A DNA stretch of 64,000 bases from NCBI GenBank assembly GCA_963703225.1, contig OY969801.1:2816001-2880000 (forward strand), in the 5' to 3' direction. The stretch's first letter is position 1; each line of letters opens with the position of its first letter. The notes below the pieces were generated by a model that searched no databases, was not told the origin of the DNA, and saw nothing but the letters and a program-made list of their open reading frames with translations. Of this stretch, positions 30,716 through 41,900 are shown piece after piece. The stretch comes from Candidatus Eiseniibacteriota bacterium (GTDB lineage Bacteria > Eisenbacteria > RBG-16-71-46 > SZUA-252). The position numbers were made by a program, and so were the translations under genes.

Positions 30716-31321
30716 ATGGGTCGGATTGATCGACGGCTCAAGTCTACGGCTTTTCATGAGGCAGGCCATGCCGTCGCAGTCTTCCAGATGAACATCCCAA
30801 TCCGCAAGGTCACGATCGTTCCCGAAGGCGATGCCCTTGGCTACGTGCTGCGGTCGGGCGTCAGCTTTCCAAAGAAGGTGCGGCAAACGCTGGAGTCCTC
30901 CTCACGGGGAACGATTCGGTATTGCTTCCCCCACGAATTTGCTCGGGCGCAATACCTCGCGGAGCGGCATGCCATGTACTGTCTCGCAGGCATCGAGGCT
31001 CAGAGGCAGTTCGATCCCAAGAGCGTTCGGCACTACCATTGGAGGCAGGATCGAGAGTCTGCCCTCCAAGGGCTCTACTATATCGTCGGCGACGATGAGG
31101 TGCCGCTCTACTGGCGGCTTCTTCGGCAGCGAACGATGAACCTGCTGACCCTCCCTGGCGCTTGGGCAGCCATTAGAACCTTGGCGAAAGAGTTGATTAG
31201 ACGGAAAACGCTCTCAGGAAACGAGGCCGTGGCGGCAATCAGGCGAGGTTTCGACAAAGACTTTGAGCGTCGAGTAGCTCGGCGGACTGGTGTCGTGCGA
31301 GCGGGCAGCGGCACTCAATGA
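30716..31321 (+). CDS. Stand-alone peptidase M41 (FtsH protease domain)-like zinc metalloprotein
   Basis: TAFHEAGHAVA, KVTIVP..DALGYV, LAGIEA, LAKELIRRKTLSG. Confidence 0.7.
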   Translation: MGRIDRRLKSTAFHEAGHAVAVFQMNIPIRKVTIVPEGDALGYVLRSGVSFPKKVRQTLESSSRGTIRYCFPHEFARAQYLAERHAMYCLAGIEAQRQFDPKSVRHYHWRQDRESALQGLYYIVGDDEVPLYWRLLRQRTMNLLTLPGAWAAIRTLAKELIRRKTLSGNEAVAAIRRGFDKDFERRVARRTGVVRAGSGTQ

Positions 31322-31386
31322 CCAATCAGATCCGTCGCGCTTATCGATGAATTAGTCGAGGGGCCGAAGGGAGATGCTGTCCGACC

Positions 31387-31986
31387 TCAGAACTTCTTGT
31401 CCCACCTCGGCGGCCACTCCAGTCCCTCGTACCGCAGGTCCTGGAGCAATTGCCACATGACGGGCCGATCTTCAGGGCGAGGCTCTGAGTGAATCCACAC
31501 GCTCGACTGCCGCCGCTCTCGTTCGGAAGCGATCCAGTCGTAAGTGAAGGCGAGCGAGTAGTGGTTCGTTCCGGTCCGGATATACTTGTAGCTCTTGGCC
31601 CCCGTTTCCTCGTCCTCGATCAGCTTCTTGGCGTCCGAGGCCAGGTGCTCGGCAAACTCTTCGATTAGAGGGAGACGACGCGGCAGCACTCCCGCTCCGT
31701 CCCGGATCCCCTTCTTCGCAGCGTCCAGTGCCTCCGTCCGGTTCACCTGAACGATGTGCTGCTCCTTGTCCCACTTGGCCGAGCCCTTCTGGTTCTCTTG
31801 GAAGTAAACCGCCTCTTCCACAACAGGCTGCACCTGGGCTGCGATGCTCGGCAGCGCAGCGACGCGTGCCTGATGCCGGAGTAGACGCAGTTGGCGTTCG
31901 CTCTGCACACGAAGCCGGCGGGTCTCCACCGTGTAAATGATCACGGCTATGAGGAGGGCTATCTGTATCCAATCGGAAATCGTCAT
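31387..31986 (-). pseudogene. Chimera: membrane-anchored N-terminus fused in frame to the terminase large-subunit C-terminus
   Basis: From YFQENQKGSAKWDKEQH onward (31387-31806) it nearly matches the end of 52692-54398. The first ~60 aa are unrelated. Confidence 0.8.
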
Positions 31987-31998
31987 CGTTTAGCAGCG

Positions 31999-32466
31999 CG
32001 TAGTGTCCGAAAACTCATTCTCCTGCCCCTTCTCACGCCGCCCTCCGGTGATAGTACTTGAGGAGTCCCCCGAGCCGCTCGCTCGCCCCGATCTTGCCCT
32101 CGCGCTGCACCGGGGCCCCGCTCGGAATCTCGTTCCCCAGCCCCAGGTGACTCCGCTCTTTATGATAGTGGCCGACGTACTCGGCGATGGCCTTCTCTAA
32201 CGAAGCTCGGCCCACGAATGGCCTGTTCTTTGCGGCCAGCCGGCGGCGCTGGTCATCCCTGAAGCGGAGCCGCTTCCCGACCAACTTGAGCTGCTCCTTG
32301 AGGACGAGGTTCTCTTCGACTAGGTAGGCGATCACGCTTCCTTGGCGACGATTGGCCCAGGCCGGAAAAGGTCGCCAGGAGTAGCTGGAGTTCGATCATC
32401 CGGGGAGCGTATCAGACGGCTGGCAACTCGTAGCGGTGCAGCGGAATCGACTTTTCGGACACTACG
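31999..32466 (-). mobile_element. Internally deleted IS, same family as 5806-6416 with a different deletion
   Basis: cgtagtgtccgaaaa / ttttcggacactacg ends. Transposase N-terminus is fused to ...ERLGGLLKYYHRRAA. Confidence 0.8.
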
Positions 32467-32601
32467 CGATCCAGTCGCCGAGCTGCAAGAGCACCGACTC
32501 TATCCGCCTTTCGTGGTAACTCACCCATGGCCCCTCCTTCGAGGTCATCGTGCGCTCCACGGGTGTCCAATCGAAGTGGGGAGCATTCCAGGGTTTCTGG
32601 T

Positions 32602-33276
32602 TCAGAAGATGTAACTGACCCCAGCCTGAGTCTGTAGGTGCTCCACGACGGCAAACTGCACATATGGGGAAACGTGCCTCCACAGCACTAGGCTCGTTCC
32701 GGCTATGGCGCCGATGTTGGTGCTCGACGCATCCTCGGAGCCAGCGTCGACGCCGGGATAGGAGTACAGGCGGTCCCCGACGTATGCAGGTGCGATCCAG
32801 ACGAGTGCATCCACCGATCTCAACTTGAATCCTCGTTCCGCCTGCAGGGCAACCGTGGTGCCGTCGACCACTTTGTCGTAACGCTGTATGGACTGATCCT
32901 GCCAGATGTGGCGGTAGTACCTGAGGCTGACTCCGATGCGATACGCGCCCTCAACGAGGGGGTAGAGGGTAATGCCCGCGCCAATCCCCAGTGCTTGGTA
33001 GACCCTGCCAGGAAAGTCCGGATCCGCCCCAGGTGGTTCATAGCTGCCTGTTGCCATGAATACGGCACGGTGTGCCACCGTACCGTAAATGGCCAGACCC
33101 CTCCGGCTCCAGTCGGCACTGAACTGGTCTCCATTCGATTGTTCGAAGTCCCGATCGGTTCTGTGGAAGAACACACCGACACCAGCGGGGCCGACGTCGG
33201 GTACGGCTAGCGGCTGAGCGGTGGCAAAAGTCGGCACCAGGGTCAACCCCATGACCAATAGTGCAAATCTGTTCAC
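32602..33276 (-). CDS. Probable outer-membrane beta-barrel protein
   Basis: Signal peptide, amphipathic strands, terminal GVSYIF. Confidence 0.6.
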   Translation of the reverse strand: MNRFALLVMGLTLVPTFATAQPLAVPDVGPAGVGVFFHRTDRDFEQSNGDQFSADWSRRGLAIYGTVAHRAVFMATGSYEPPGADPDFPGRVYQALGIGAGITLYPLVEGAYRIGVSLRYYRHIWQDQSIQRYDKVVDGTTVALQAERGFKLRSVDALVWIAPAYVGDRLYSYPGVDAGSEDASSTNIGAIAGTSLVLWRHVSPYVQFAVVEHLQTQAGVSYIF

Positions 33277-33339
33277 GAGGCCTCCGATCGGGGCAATGCA
33301 CCCCCCACGTCCCCTTCACGTCGCGTCCATCCGCCGTTG

Positions 33340-33591
33340 CCAGAGAGCCAGAGATCAAGAGAGCCGCATTGTGGCGGGTACGCGGGTCGGGGGCGCAACC
33401 TCCGGAGGTGGGGCGTGTCCTGGTGAGTCTCCGGGGTGCCCCGCCAGGCCCTGCACAGGCGTAATTTTCGCATACGGGCGCCTCAAATGCGATGACCCCG
33501 GCAGCTCTCGCCACCGGGGCCCCTATCCTCAGCGCGAACCCGCGAGTTCGCACTTTTTCATTTGGCTCCCCAAACGTAACCCTGTGCGAAC
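33340..33591. repeat. ~250-bp repeat family, copy c
   Basis: Same landmarks as copy b. Ends ctccccaaacgtaaccctgtgcgaac. Confidence 0.8.
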
Positions 33592-33604
33592 CGATTGGAG
33601 AGGA

Positions 33605-34747
33605 TTACCTCACGAGTCGCCACGTGACCTGCGCGGTGGCGCCCGACTCGCTCACGAACCGGACGAAATAAGCCCCCGGATTCAGCCCCGGCGGATCCCA
33701 CCGGATCGCCGCTGGCCCCGCGGCCATCGACTCGAACGAGCGCACCGCCCGCAGGCGCCCCCGCACGTCGTACAGCTCCAGCCTCACGTTGTCAGCCTTG
33801 GACAGCACGAACGGGAACGTAGCGCCGCCCGCCCCCACGCGCGGATTCGGATACGGACGCGACACTTGGAACCTGGGCGGCGACGGATCGGTCTCTACCC
33901 CCGTCACCTGCGGCGTGTCCGTCCCCAGCGCCATCACGTGGAGCTGGTTGATCGCGCCCACCCAGCTCCACGAGGTGCCGTTTGACGAAGCGGCCACCTC
34001 CCCTTCCTTCGTCGCCGCGACGAGCTTCCCGCCAAGGTCCACCAACGCGCTGATGTTCCCCTCCGATAGCGCACCCACTGCGATCCAGCTCACGCCGTAG
34101 TTGAGGCTTCGGTACACCTCGCCCGTCCTCGCCAGCACGTAAAGCTCCGGCCCTAGGCGCCGTATTGAGACGGCGCTCGACGTTGTGATGGCGCCCACGG
34201 TCGACCAGGTGGCCCCCTGGTCCTTGCTCTCCGCGATCTGTCCCGTCTCGGTCAACGCGTACAGTCTCCCGAGAGGACCACGAGCCAGACTCACCCAATC
34301 CGAACCGATCAGCGCCGCGGTTGCCGTGAACGTCGCCCCCTGGTTGCTCGACGCGTAGAGGGTTCCCGTCCTCGTTAGCACGAGCACGTCGCCGTAGGGG
34401 CCGAGGACGAAGCCGGCGGCATCGGAGGCCGTGACGGCTCCGACCGGGGCCCAGATCGTCCCCCCGTTGGCGGAGCGATAGATCGTCCCCGAGCGGGAAG
34501 CGAGATAGAACTCCGAGCTGGATGAGCCCGCAGCGAGGCCCACCGCGTCTTGCACTGGAATCGCCCCGATGGCGGACCAGGTTGCACCATCGTTGCTCGA
34601 GCGATAGAACTCACCCGTGTCGATGAGCCCGAAGAGATTGGCCGCGAAGGCCGAGCCTGGAGCCCATGCAGTGGCCGCGGCCGCCAGGGTCAACGCTGCC
34701 GCGACAACGGGCACGCCGGTCCGCGTCTTGATTGCTCTCGCTCTCAT
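33605..34747 (-). CDS. Secreted BNR/Asp-box propeller protein with FlgD-like CTD
   Basis: Close paralog of 2277-3452 with a near-identical CTD. Confidence 0.85.
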   Translation of the reverse strand: MRARAIKTRTGVPVVAAALTLAAAATAWAPGSAFAANLFGLIDTGEFYRSSNDGATWSAIGAIPVQDAVGLAAGSSSSEFYLASRSGTIYRSANGGTIWAPVGAVTASDAAGFVLGPYGDVLVLTRTGTLYASSNQGATFTATAALIGSDWVSLARGPLGRLYALTETGQIAESKDQGATWSTVGAITTSSAVSIRRLGPELYVLARTGEVYRSLNYGVSWIAVGALSEGNISALVDLGGKLVAATKEGEVAASSNGTSWSWVGAINQLHVMALGTDTPQVTGVETDPSPPRFQVSRPYPNPRVGAGGATFPFVLSKADNVRLELYDVRGRLRAVRSFESMAAGPAAIRWDPPGLNPGAYFVRFVSESGATAQVTWRLVR

Positions 34748-37700
34748 CGCGCCACTGCCAGCTTGAACGTCCGCTCTTCGCCGGCGCTCCTCGCCTTCAA
34801 GAAATAGACCCCGCTCGACACTCGGCGACCCCGCTCGTCCTTCCCGTCCCAGTTCGCGACCTGATAGCCCGCGCCATAGCTCCCTCGTGCGATCCGCTTC
34901 ACAAAGCGCCCCGACACGTCAAAGACCGACACTTCCGCCGACCCCATCCCTCCACCCAATCCCCCAAATGTCGCGAACGAGATCGTCAAATTCCCACCAC
35001 GATACGGAAGCGGCCACGCCGCCAGCCCCGCCAGCGGTCGAATCCCCGCCTCCCCTAGCCACAGCTCCTCCCCAAACCCGTTCACCGCAAAGAGCCGATA
35101 CTTGGCGCCCGGGCCCCCCTGCGGATCCGTCACCGACGTCTCGCGCGTCAGCGCAACGAGTGGCTGCCACCCGGCGCCGGAGCCCGTCGCCTTCTCCAAC
35201 CTGTAGCCCGAAAGATCCTCGGGCCCCGGATCGGTCTGCCAGGAAATCACGATGCCCCGTGCGCCGTTGGGAGCCGGCGCGGCAAGAAGGGCCAGCAACG
35301 CGACCGACGTCTGGATCGTGAACAGGGAATCGCTTTCGTCCAGGCCTCGAAGTTTTGGATCCGAAGGCGCCACCCTCAAGCGGGCAAACTTCGTCGGCGA
35401 GTGCGGAACCTGGATGGGGAGCGAATTGTAATTCGCGCCTCCAATCCCGGATCGAAGCATGTCGTACGTTCTTCCGCCGTCCACCGAGAGCCACAAGTCG
35501 GCCGGCTCCGCCCCGAGCCACGAAATGGTCTTCGTGGACCCGACGTTCCACGTGGCACCGCCCGTGGGTGACAGGAGCTGATACCGGTTGAAGTCGTAGA
35601 GATGGGTGCGGCCCGTGCTTCCTCCGTAGCCATAGGCTCCAACGATCACGTCCCCGAGGCCATCTCCATTCACATCTCCCGCGGCCGAAACCGAGGCGCC
35701 AAAGTCGTCGCCCGCCGCCTCGCCTGTCAGGGTCAGGTCCGCCGTCGCGTCCGCCACTGGGCCCCCGTAGTACACGTAGGCTCGCCCTTTGAAGCCGCTG
35801 TAGAAGAAGGCCCCGACGATCACGTCCCCATAAGCGTCTCCATTCACGTCACCCGCGGAAGAGACGGTGGTGCCGAAGCTGTTGCCCGCAGCCTCACCCG
35901 TCAGAGTCAGATCTGCCACTGTGTCCGCGCCCCGCCCCCCGTAGTACACGTAGGCGCGCCCCTGACTGCCGCCGTACTCGCTAGCCCCCGCGATCACATC
36001 CCCGAAGCCATCCCCGTTCACGTCCCCCGCGGATGAAACCGAGGTGCCGAAGTAGTTGTTTGCCGCCTCGCCCGTCAGCGTCAGGTCTGCTGTCGCGTCA
36101 ACGCCGGGACCTCCGTAGTACACGTAGGCACGCCCTTTACTGCCGCCGTACCCCTGCGCTCCCACGACCAGATCCCCGTACCCATCTGCATTGACGTCGC
36201 CTGCACCCGACACGGAGATGCCGAAGTAGCTGTTTGTCGCCTCGCCGGTCAGCGTCAGGTCTGCCGTCGCGTCCGCGCCAGGACCCCCGTGATACACGTA
36301 GGCCCGGCCCGTGCTGGTGAGGTAGCCCCAGGCGCCGACGAGTACGTCCCCGAAACCATCCCCGTTCACGTCGCCCGCTGCCGAAACGGAGAACCCGAAG
36401 GCGCTTCCTGCAGCCTCGCCCGTCAGGGTCAGGTCCGCCACCGCGTCCGCGCCAGGGCCGCCGTAGTACACGTACGCACGCCCCCTAATAATGTTGTACC
36501 CGTACGCCCCCACGATCACGTCCCCATATCCGTCCCCGTTCACGTCTCCTGCACTAGAAACCGAAAGGCCGAAGTTGTCGCCCGGCGCCTCGCCGTTCAG
36601 GGTCAGGTCTGCCACCGCATCACCGCCCGGTCCTCCGAAATAGACATAGGCTCGCCCCGTATCGGTGTTGTGCCGGTACGCTCCCACGATCACGTCCCCA
36701 TACCCATCTCCGTTGACGTCACCGGCTGCTGATGTGGAGTAGCCGAAACGGTCGCCCGATGCTTCGCCGTCAAGGGTTCGCTGGAGTCGGGCCGCGGCCG
36801 ACGGAGGATCCACCGGAAGGACGATTCGGAAGTTCGCCGCGCTGGCAACCGACGTCGAATGGTTTGCCGCCTGGCCTGCGTAGACCACCCGAACGCGGGC
36901 GAACTCCGTGGGCGTGGCGGGCGCTAGGACCGCAACCTCGTTGTTCTGTGCCCCCCCCACTCCCGCGGCGATCGTCGTCCACGTCGCGCCCCCGTTGGTC
37001 GAGAGACCCACGTCCGCCACGTCATGCCCGCGCCAGCGAACGGTTGTCGGCTGGCCTGCCACCGACTGCTCGCCGCCGTTTGGCATGGCTAGTTCATAGG
37101 GGTAGATCAGAGTCACGTAGGCTCGACCCTTATTGCTGGAGGCACTATTAGCTCCCACGATCACATCTCCATACCCGTCCCCATTCACGTCGCCCGCGGA
37201 TGAAACGGAGGCCCCGAAATAGTTGAGCGTAGCCTCGCCCGTCAGGGTCAGGTCCGCCACCGTGTCCCCACCCGGCCCTCCGTAATACACGTAGGCTCGA
37301 CCCGTATTGGTGCTGTACCCATAAGCCCCAACGATCACATCCTCATATCCGTCCCCGTTCACGTCGCCCGCGGATGAAACGGAGGCCCCGAAGACGTTGA
37401 TCGTCGCCTCGCCCGTCAGGGTCAGGTCCGCCAACGCGTCCGCACCCGGCCCTCCGTAATACACGTAGGCTCGACCAGTATTGCTGCTGTACCCGCGGGC
37501 CCCAGCGATCACGTCCCCATACCCGTCCCCATTCACGTCGCCCGCGGACGAAACGGAGGCCCCGAAGACGTTGCCCGTTGCCTCGCCCGTCAGGGTCAGG
37601 TCCGCCACCGCGTCCGCACCCGGCCCTCCGTAATACACGTAGGCTCGACCCGTATTGCTGCTGTACCCCCACGCTCCAACGATCACATCCTCATATCCGT

Positions 37701-38253
37701 CCCCATTCATGTCACCCGCGGATGAAACGGAGGCACCGAAGATGTTGCTCGTCGCCTCGCCCGTCAGGGTCAGGTCCGCCACCGCGTCCGCACCCGGCCC
37801 TCCGTAATACACGTAGGCTCGACCCGTATTGGTGCTGTACCCATAAGCTCCTACGATCACATCCGCATGTCCGTCCCCGTTCAGATCGCCCACGGATGAA
37901 ACGGAGGCCCCGAAATAGTTGCCCGTCGCCTCGCCCGTCAGGGTCAGGTCCGCCACCGTGTCCGCACCCGGCCCTCCGTAATACACGTAGGCCCGACCCG
38001 TATTGCTGCTGTACCCCCACGCTCCAACGATCACGTCCTCATATCCATCCCCATTCACGTCGCCCGCGGATGAAACGGAGGCCCCGAAGGCGGTGGCCGT
38101 CGCCTCGCCCGTCGGTGAGATGAGCGTCCTGCTTGAGATCGCCATGACGGGTCGCGCTGCAAGGATGATGCAGAGGATTGAGAGTGCGGCGGTCAGGTTT
38201 GCGGAACAGAAGTTCAGCGGAGTCTTTGGGCGTATCAGGCCGAGTGGGTACAT
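34744..38253 (-). CDS. Secreted double FG-GAP propeller protein with FlgD-like CTD
   Basis: Two blocks of FGxSVSSAGDVNGDG...GRAYVYYGG repeats. The C-terminal half parallels 3449-5680. Confidence 0.9.
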   Translation of the reverse strand: MYPLGLIRPKTPLNFCSANLTAALSILCIILAARPVMAISSRTLISPTGEATATAFGASVSSAGDVNGDGYEDVIVGAWGYSSNTGRAYVYYGGPGADTVADLTLTGEATGNYFGASVSSVGDLNGDGHADVIVGAYGYSTNTGRAYVYYGGPGADAVADLTLTGEATSNIFGASVSSAGDMNGDGYEDVIVGAWGYSSNTGRAYVYYGGPGADAVADLTLTGEATGNVFGASVSSAGDVNGDGYGDVIAGARGYSSNTGRAYVYYGGPGADALADLTLTGEATINVFGASVSSAGDVNGDGYEDVIVGAYGYSTNTGRAYVYYGGPGGDTVADLTLTGEATLNYFGASVSSAGDVNGDGYGDVIVGANSASSNKGRAYVTLIYPYELAMPNGGEQSVAGQPTTVRWRGHDVADVGLSTNGGATWTTIAAGVGGAQNNEVAVLAPATPTEFARVRVVYAGQAANHSTSVASAANFRIVLPVDPPSAAARLQRTLDGEASGDRFGYSTSAAGDVNGDGYGDVIVGAYRHNTDTGRAYVYFGGPGGDAVADLTLNGEAPGDNFGLSVSSAGDVNGDGYGDVIVGAYGYNIIRGRAYVYYGGPGADAVADLTLTGEAAGSAFGFSVSAAGDVNGDGFGDVLVGAWGYLTSTGRAYVYHGGPGADATADLTLTGEATNSYFGISVSGAGDVNADGYGDLVVGAQGYGGSKGRAYVYYGGPGVDATADLTLTGEAANNYFGTSVSSAGDVNGDGFGDVIAGASEYGGSQGRAYVYYGGRGADTVADLTLTGEAAGNSFGTTVSSAGDVNGDAYGDVIVGAFFYSGFKGRAYVYYGGPVADATADLTLTGEAAGDDFGASVSAAGDVNGDGLGDVIVGAYGYGGSTGRTHLYDFNRYQLLSPTGGATWNVGSTKTISWLGAEPADLWLSVDGGRTYDMLRSGIGGANYNSLPIQVPHSPTKFARLRVAPSDPKLRGLDESDSLFTIQTSVALLALLAAPAPNGARGIVISWQTDPGPEDLSGYRLEKATGSGAGWQPLVALTRETSVTDPQGGPGAKYRLFAVNGFGEELWLGEAGIRPLAGLAAWPLPYRGGNLTISFATFGGLGGGMGSAEVSVFDVSGRFVKRIARGSYGAGYQVANWDGKDERGRRVSSGVYFLKARSAGEERTFKLAVAR
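37115..38113. repeat. Near-identical 174-bp coding tandem repeats (~6 units)
   Basis: The motif gcctcgcccgtc recurs with gccc at 37237, 37411, 37585, 37759, 37933 and 38107. Confidence 0.85.
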
Positions 38254-38664
38254 CACGTTGCCTCCTCCTACATGTGTTTCTAGACTCCTGCAGCGCGCCA
38301 CCGAGAATGCACGGCGGAACGTTGATCCAGAGAATCAAGATCGATGAACGGAGATTGAGCAGAGGGTGTGAGGATTGCTGCTGCGGATCTGCCGAAGGGC
38401 TGGGTCACGTGCAGCACCCCCCTACCATTCGGATCTGGCGTGGCCGCCAGGTCCACGGAGGAGGCAGGATGCCAGTTCCCGCCCCCTGACGGGATAGAAG
38501 ACCCCAAAAACGGTAGCCATTATCTCACTAAGCGCATGCGCTGTCAAGGTTTGAACGAACTGCGGCGGGGGGCCGCAGGCTTGGACTCACCTGGCCCCTC
38601 TTAGTGCAGGGCGGTCTCCCGGGTGTTGGAACCGGGTTCGCGAAATTGCGGCGCGATCTCCGTG

Positions 38665-38812
38665 ACCTGCGCTCTCCGCGGGCTCTCCACCATGCGCTCC
38701 CCAAACGTAACCCTTCGCGAACTGACCTTTGCCTGGGTGTGGTGCACAACCGACCGTTGCCACCACAAAATAGCCCACCCGCGGGTTGGCCTTCTCATCC
38801 CATGTGCGAACC
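38665..38812. repeat. Partial ~250-bp repeat (copy d) followed by the 79-bp repeat
   Basis: 38665-38723 matches 9825-9883, and 38734-38812 matches 6472-6550. Confidence 0.85.
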
Positions 38813-38828
38813 CGGTTGAGTGGTGAGC

Positions 38829-38935
38829 CTAGCGCACCAGGACTACGCGCCCACTGAAGACTCCGTCCGGCCTCGTGACCTTGACGTAGTAGAGGCCTGA
38901 CGCGAGATTCTGCCCGGACTTACCCCGCCCGCCGA
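38829..38935 (-). pseudogene. Orphan FlgD-CTD 3' fragment
   Basis: GGRGKSGQNLASGLYYVKVTRPDGVFSGRVVLVR*, with an in-frame stop just upstream. Confidence 0.65.
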
Positions 38936-38977
38936 GGTCGCCACGCCTCTACTGAGCCGCCGGGTGGAATCATGGGG

Positions 38978-41900
38978 CTACCTGAGCAAGTTCATCTTCC
39001 GTGTGGCTCGCTGGCGACCTGAGACTAGTTCGGAAAGGTATAGCCCCGATGCCACGACGGAGCCCCGATCATCCCTTCCGTCCCACATCACCCTAAATCT
39101 ACCGCTCGGCAGGCTTCCTCGGACCAGCGTTCGAATCACTCTTCCGCCGACTGCGTAGATCCGAAGGGTAACGGGCCCTGCCTGGCCCACTTGAAAGCGA
39201 AGCACTGTCACGGGATTGAAGGGATTCGGTGCGTTCTGCAACAGCTCCAAGGCGACCGGCGGCGGCCCCGGCTCTACTTCCACCGCCGTAGGGCTCTGGA
39301 GGTAGAAGAAGGCCTCCGAAACGTTCGCGATCAGGGAGTCCCCCGCCCAGGCGCGCGCACGAAGCGACGCCTGCGATGTCGAGAGCGTCGTATCGGCGAA
39401 GAACGACAGGGAGCGGGGTGTTCCGGGATCGACTCCCAGCAATCTGCCGATTCGGATCGAATAGTTGCGGCAACTGTCCACCGCGAGGTCAAACACGACC
39501 GAGTCCGCGCGCTGCCCGCCGACGAGCACGGTGATGGAGTCCGGCGATGGGCCGATGTACGAGCCTCGCGATGGGTGCAGGATCGACAGCGAATAGACTG
39601 GCGCGAGCGCAGCCCGAACGTCGAGCTTCCCGTATCCCCACGTGTAGTTCGGAAGGGTGCCGGTATCCGTATCCCCTCGGCAGGTACCCTGGAGCCGGGC
39701 CTTGATTCTAGAAGGCGTTGCGGTTTTCCAGAGGGAATCGGGTTGCGCGAGCAGCAGGGCGACCGCGCCCGCAACCTGTGGTGCCGCCTGGCTCGTGCCC
39801 CACAGAACGGCGTGCCCTCCCCCCTCGACAACGTATTGCGGCTGGTCGACGAAGAAGGACGCGTCGGCAGACTTCGCGGACACAACGTCGCCCCCCGGGG
39901 CTGCGAGATCCGGCTTCAGTACATTATCCCGACGAGGGCCGTGGCTGGAAAAATCCGCGATCTGGCCCAACGCCAACGAGTGCGCCTCGCACTCAGTGAT
40001 TGTTGCCGCTCGCCTCCAGCAGTCTCTTGTCGTGTAGGCGCCAACGGCAATGACAGAATCCGCGGTTGCCGGTTCCGTCACGACCCCCTCGGAATTCGTC
40101 TCTTGGTCCCACCGTGCAGCAAACGTACCTAGCGCCATGTAGAGATCCGCCCTGCCTGTGGTGGATTCGAGTTTCAGCAACTTGATACGCACGGTCCACG
40201 TACCGTCCGCGGGATGGTGGCTCCCATTGTCGTAGATGGAGATCCGAAAATCGCCAGGAGGAGAGAAGATCTGATTCGAGCACGTTCCAGTAACACAAAG
40301 TCCGACGGCGCCGTCATCCGTGAGGCCGGTGTCTTGGTAGTGGTAGGCCACCGGTCCAACCGTGAAGTTATTTGGCGTGATGACCGTGACCTCGATCGAG
40401 TCGTTGTAGTCGAACCAGCCGGAGATCTCAAGGATGTTGAGCCCGGCGATCGGCGTGTACGGATCGACATCAAAAGTGAGAGTGGCCGTGTCCCCGACGA
40501 AATGCGGTATCGCAGTTGCGTGCACGGCGCTTACGGCATCGTTGCCAGCGGCCGCGACGACAATCTTGCCTGCTCCCGTGTACCCGTTGATGGCATGGTC
40601 AAAGAGAGACGTGCCGTCGTGCGGCCCGTCGTGGGTACCGAGGCTCAGGTTCACGACCACCGGCCGATTCAGTTGACTTGCCTTGCCGAGGATGTAGCTC
40701 ACCCCATCATAGATCCCGGTGGTGGTGAAGTTCGTCTTGACGGCGCAGAGGTTCGCCTCGGGCGCCACCCCCACGTATAGCCCCTTGTCCTTGCAGGCCG
40801 TTCCCCCCTGCCCATTCCCTGCTGCGATGGCCGCGACGTGGGTCCCGTGACCACTCACGTCCTTGGAAGCGCCGCTAAGGCCGGCATTAATTAGCGCAGG
40901 CGTCCACTCCACCCCGTAGAGGCCCGGCGGAGGGGTACCGGTCACGGTCTGATCCCAGAACCCGAGCAGCCGCGTCGTGCCGTCGACGTTCCGAAAGTCA
41001 TAGTGATTCACGTCGATCCCGGTATCGACAAACCCAACCACGACGGAATCCCCGACCTGGCCCTTGAACGGCGGATAGAACGTCCGCAAGCCCGCGACCC
41101 GCTCGCTCACCAGGCTTGAGTCGAGCATCGGTTGACACTGGGTCGGCGCGACCACGGCTTCGAGACCGGGAGTGTCGAAGAGGCTCTCAATTCGGTCAAG
41201 AGGACAACGAACGGTCATGATCCGACCGGAGCGCGCCCCCACGGAGATTCCACGGGCCTCCAGATCTGTGGTCGTGACGTCCCCCACACCGAACGCTTCG
41301 ACGAACGCGTTGCCTTGGGCGTCCCGACTAAGAAATCGTTCGGATCTCGGATCGCCCCGCACGAGGCCGCGCAGCTCCGGGGACACACGTGCACGGCGTG
41401 CGCCAGGCGCACCCGTCACGGTGATGACGGTCGTGGACTCACCGACGGCACCGGACGTCCGCGCGCGGAACGTAATTCGGAACACGCCTCGTTCGGAGAG
41501 GTTCGGCGACCAGCTGAACTTACCGCGCATCCGAGTTGGATCCGGAACGAAGAACGCGCCAAAGGGAAGTGGCCCGGCGGAAAGCCCGGTCACCGACAAG
41601 CTGTCCGTCGGAGCCACGGTGACATCGAATACGACCGGCGCGCTGGCACTCGCCTGGACCGATGCGGGGGCGGACACCAAGGGTGGCGTTCCGGCTCCCG
41701 CGACGGTCAGGATGGTCGTCGCGAAGGCTGATCGCGAAGGCAGGCCCGTGTCGGTCGCCACCCAGCGGATGGTCCATCGGCCGGCCTCGCCGCTACGGGG
41801 GGTACCGCTCAGTGTGACGGTCACTGACCGTGGATCGGAGTTCTCCCGCGAGAGGGCTAGGGTAGGCGGAAAGCCCGTGGGCGACATGGAAATGGACTGC

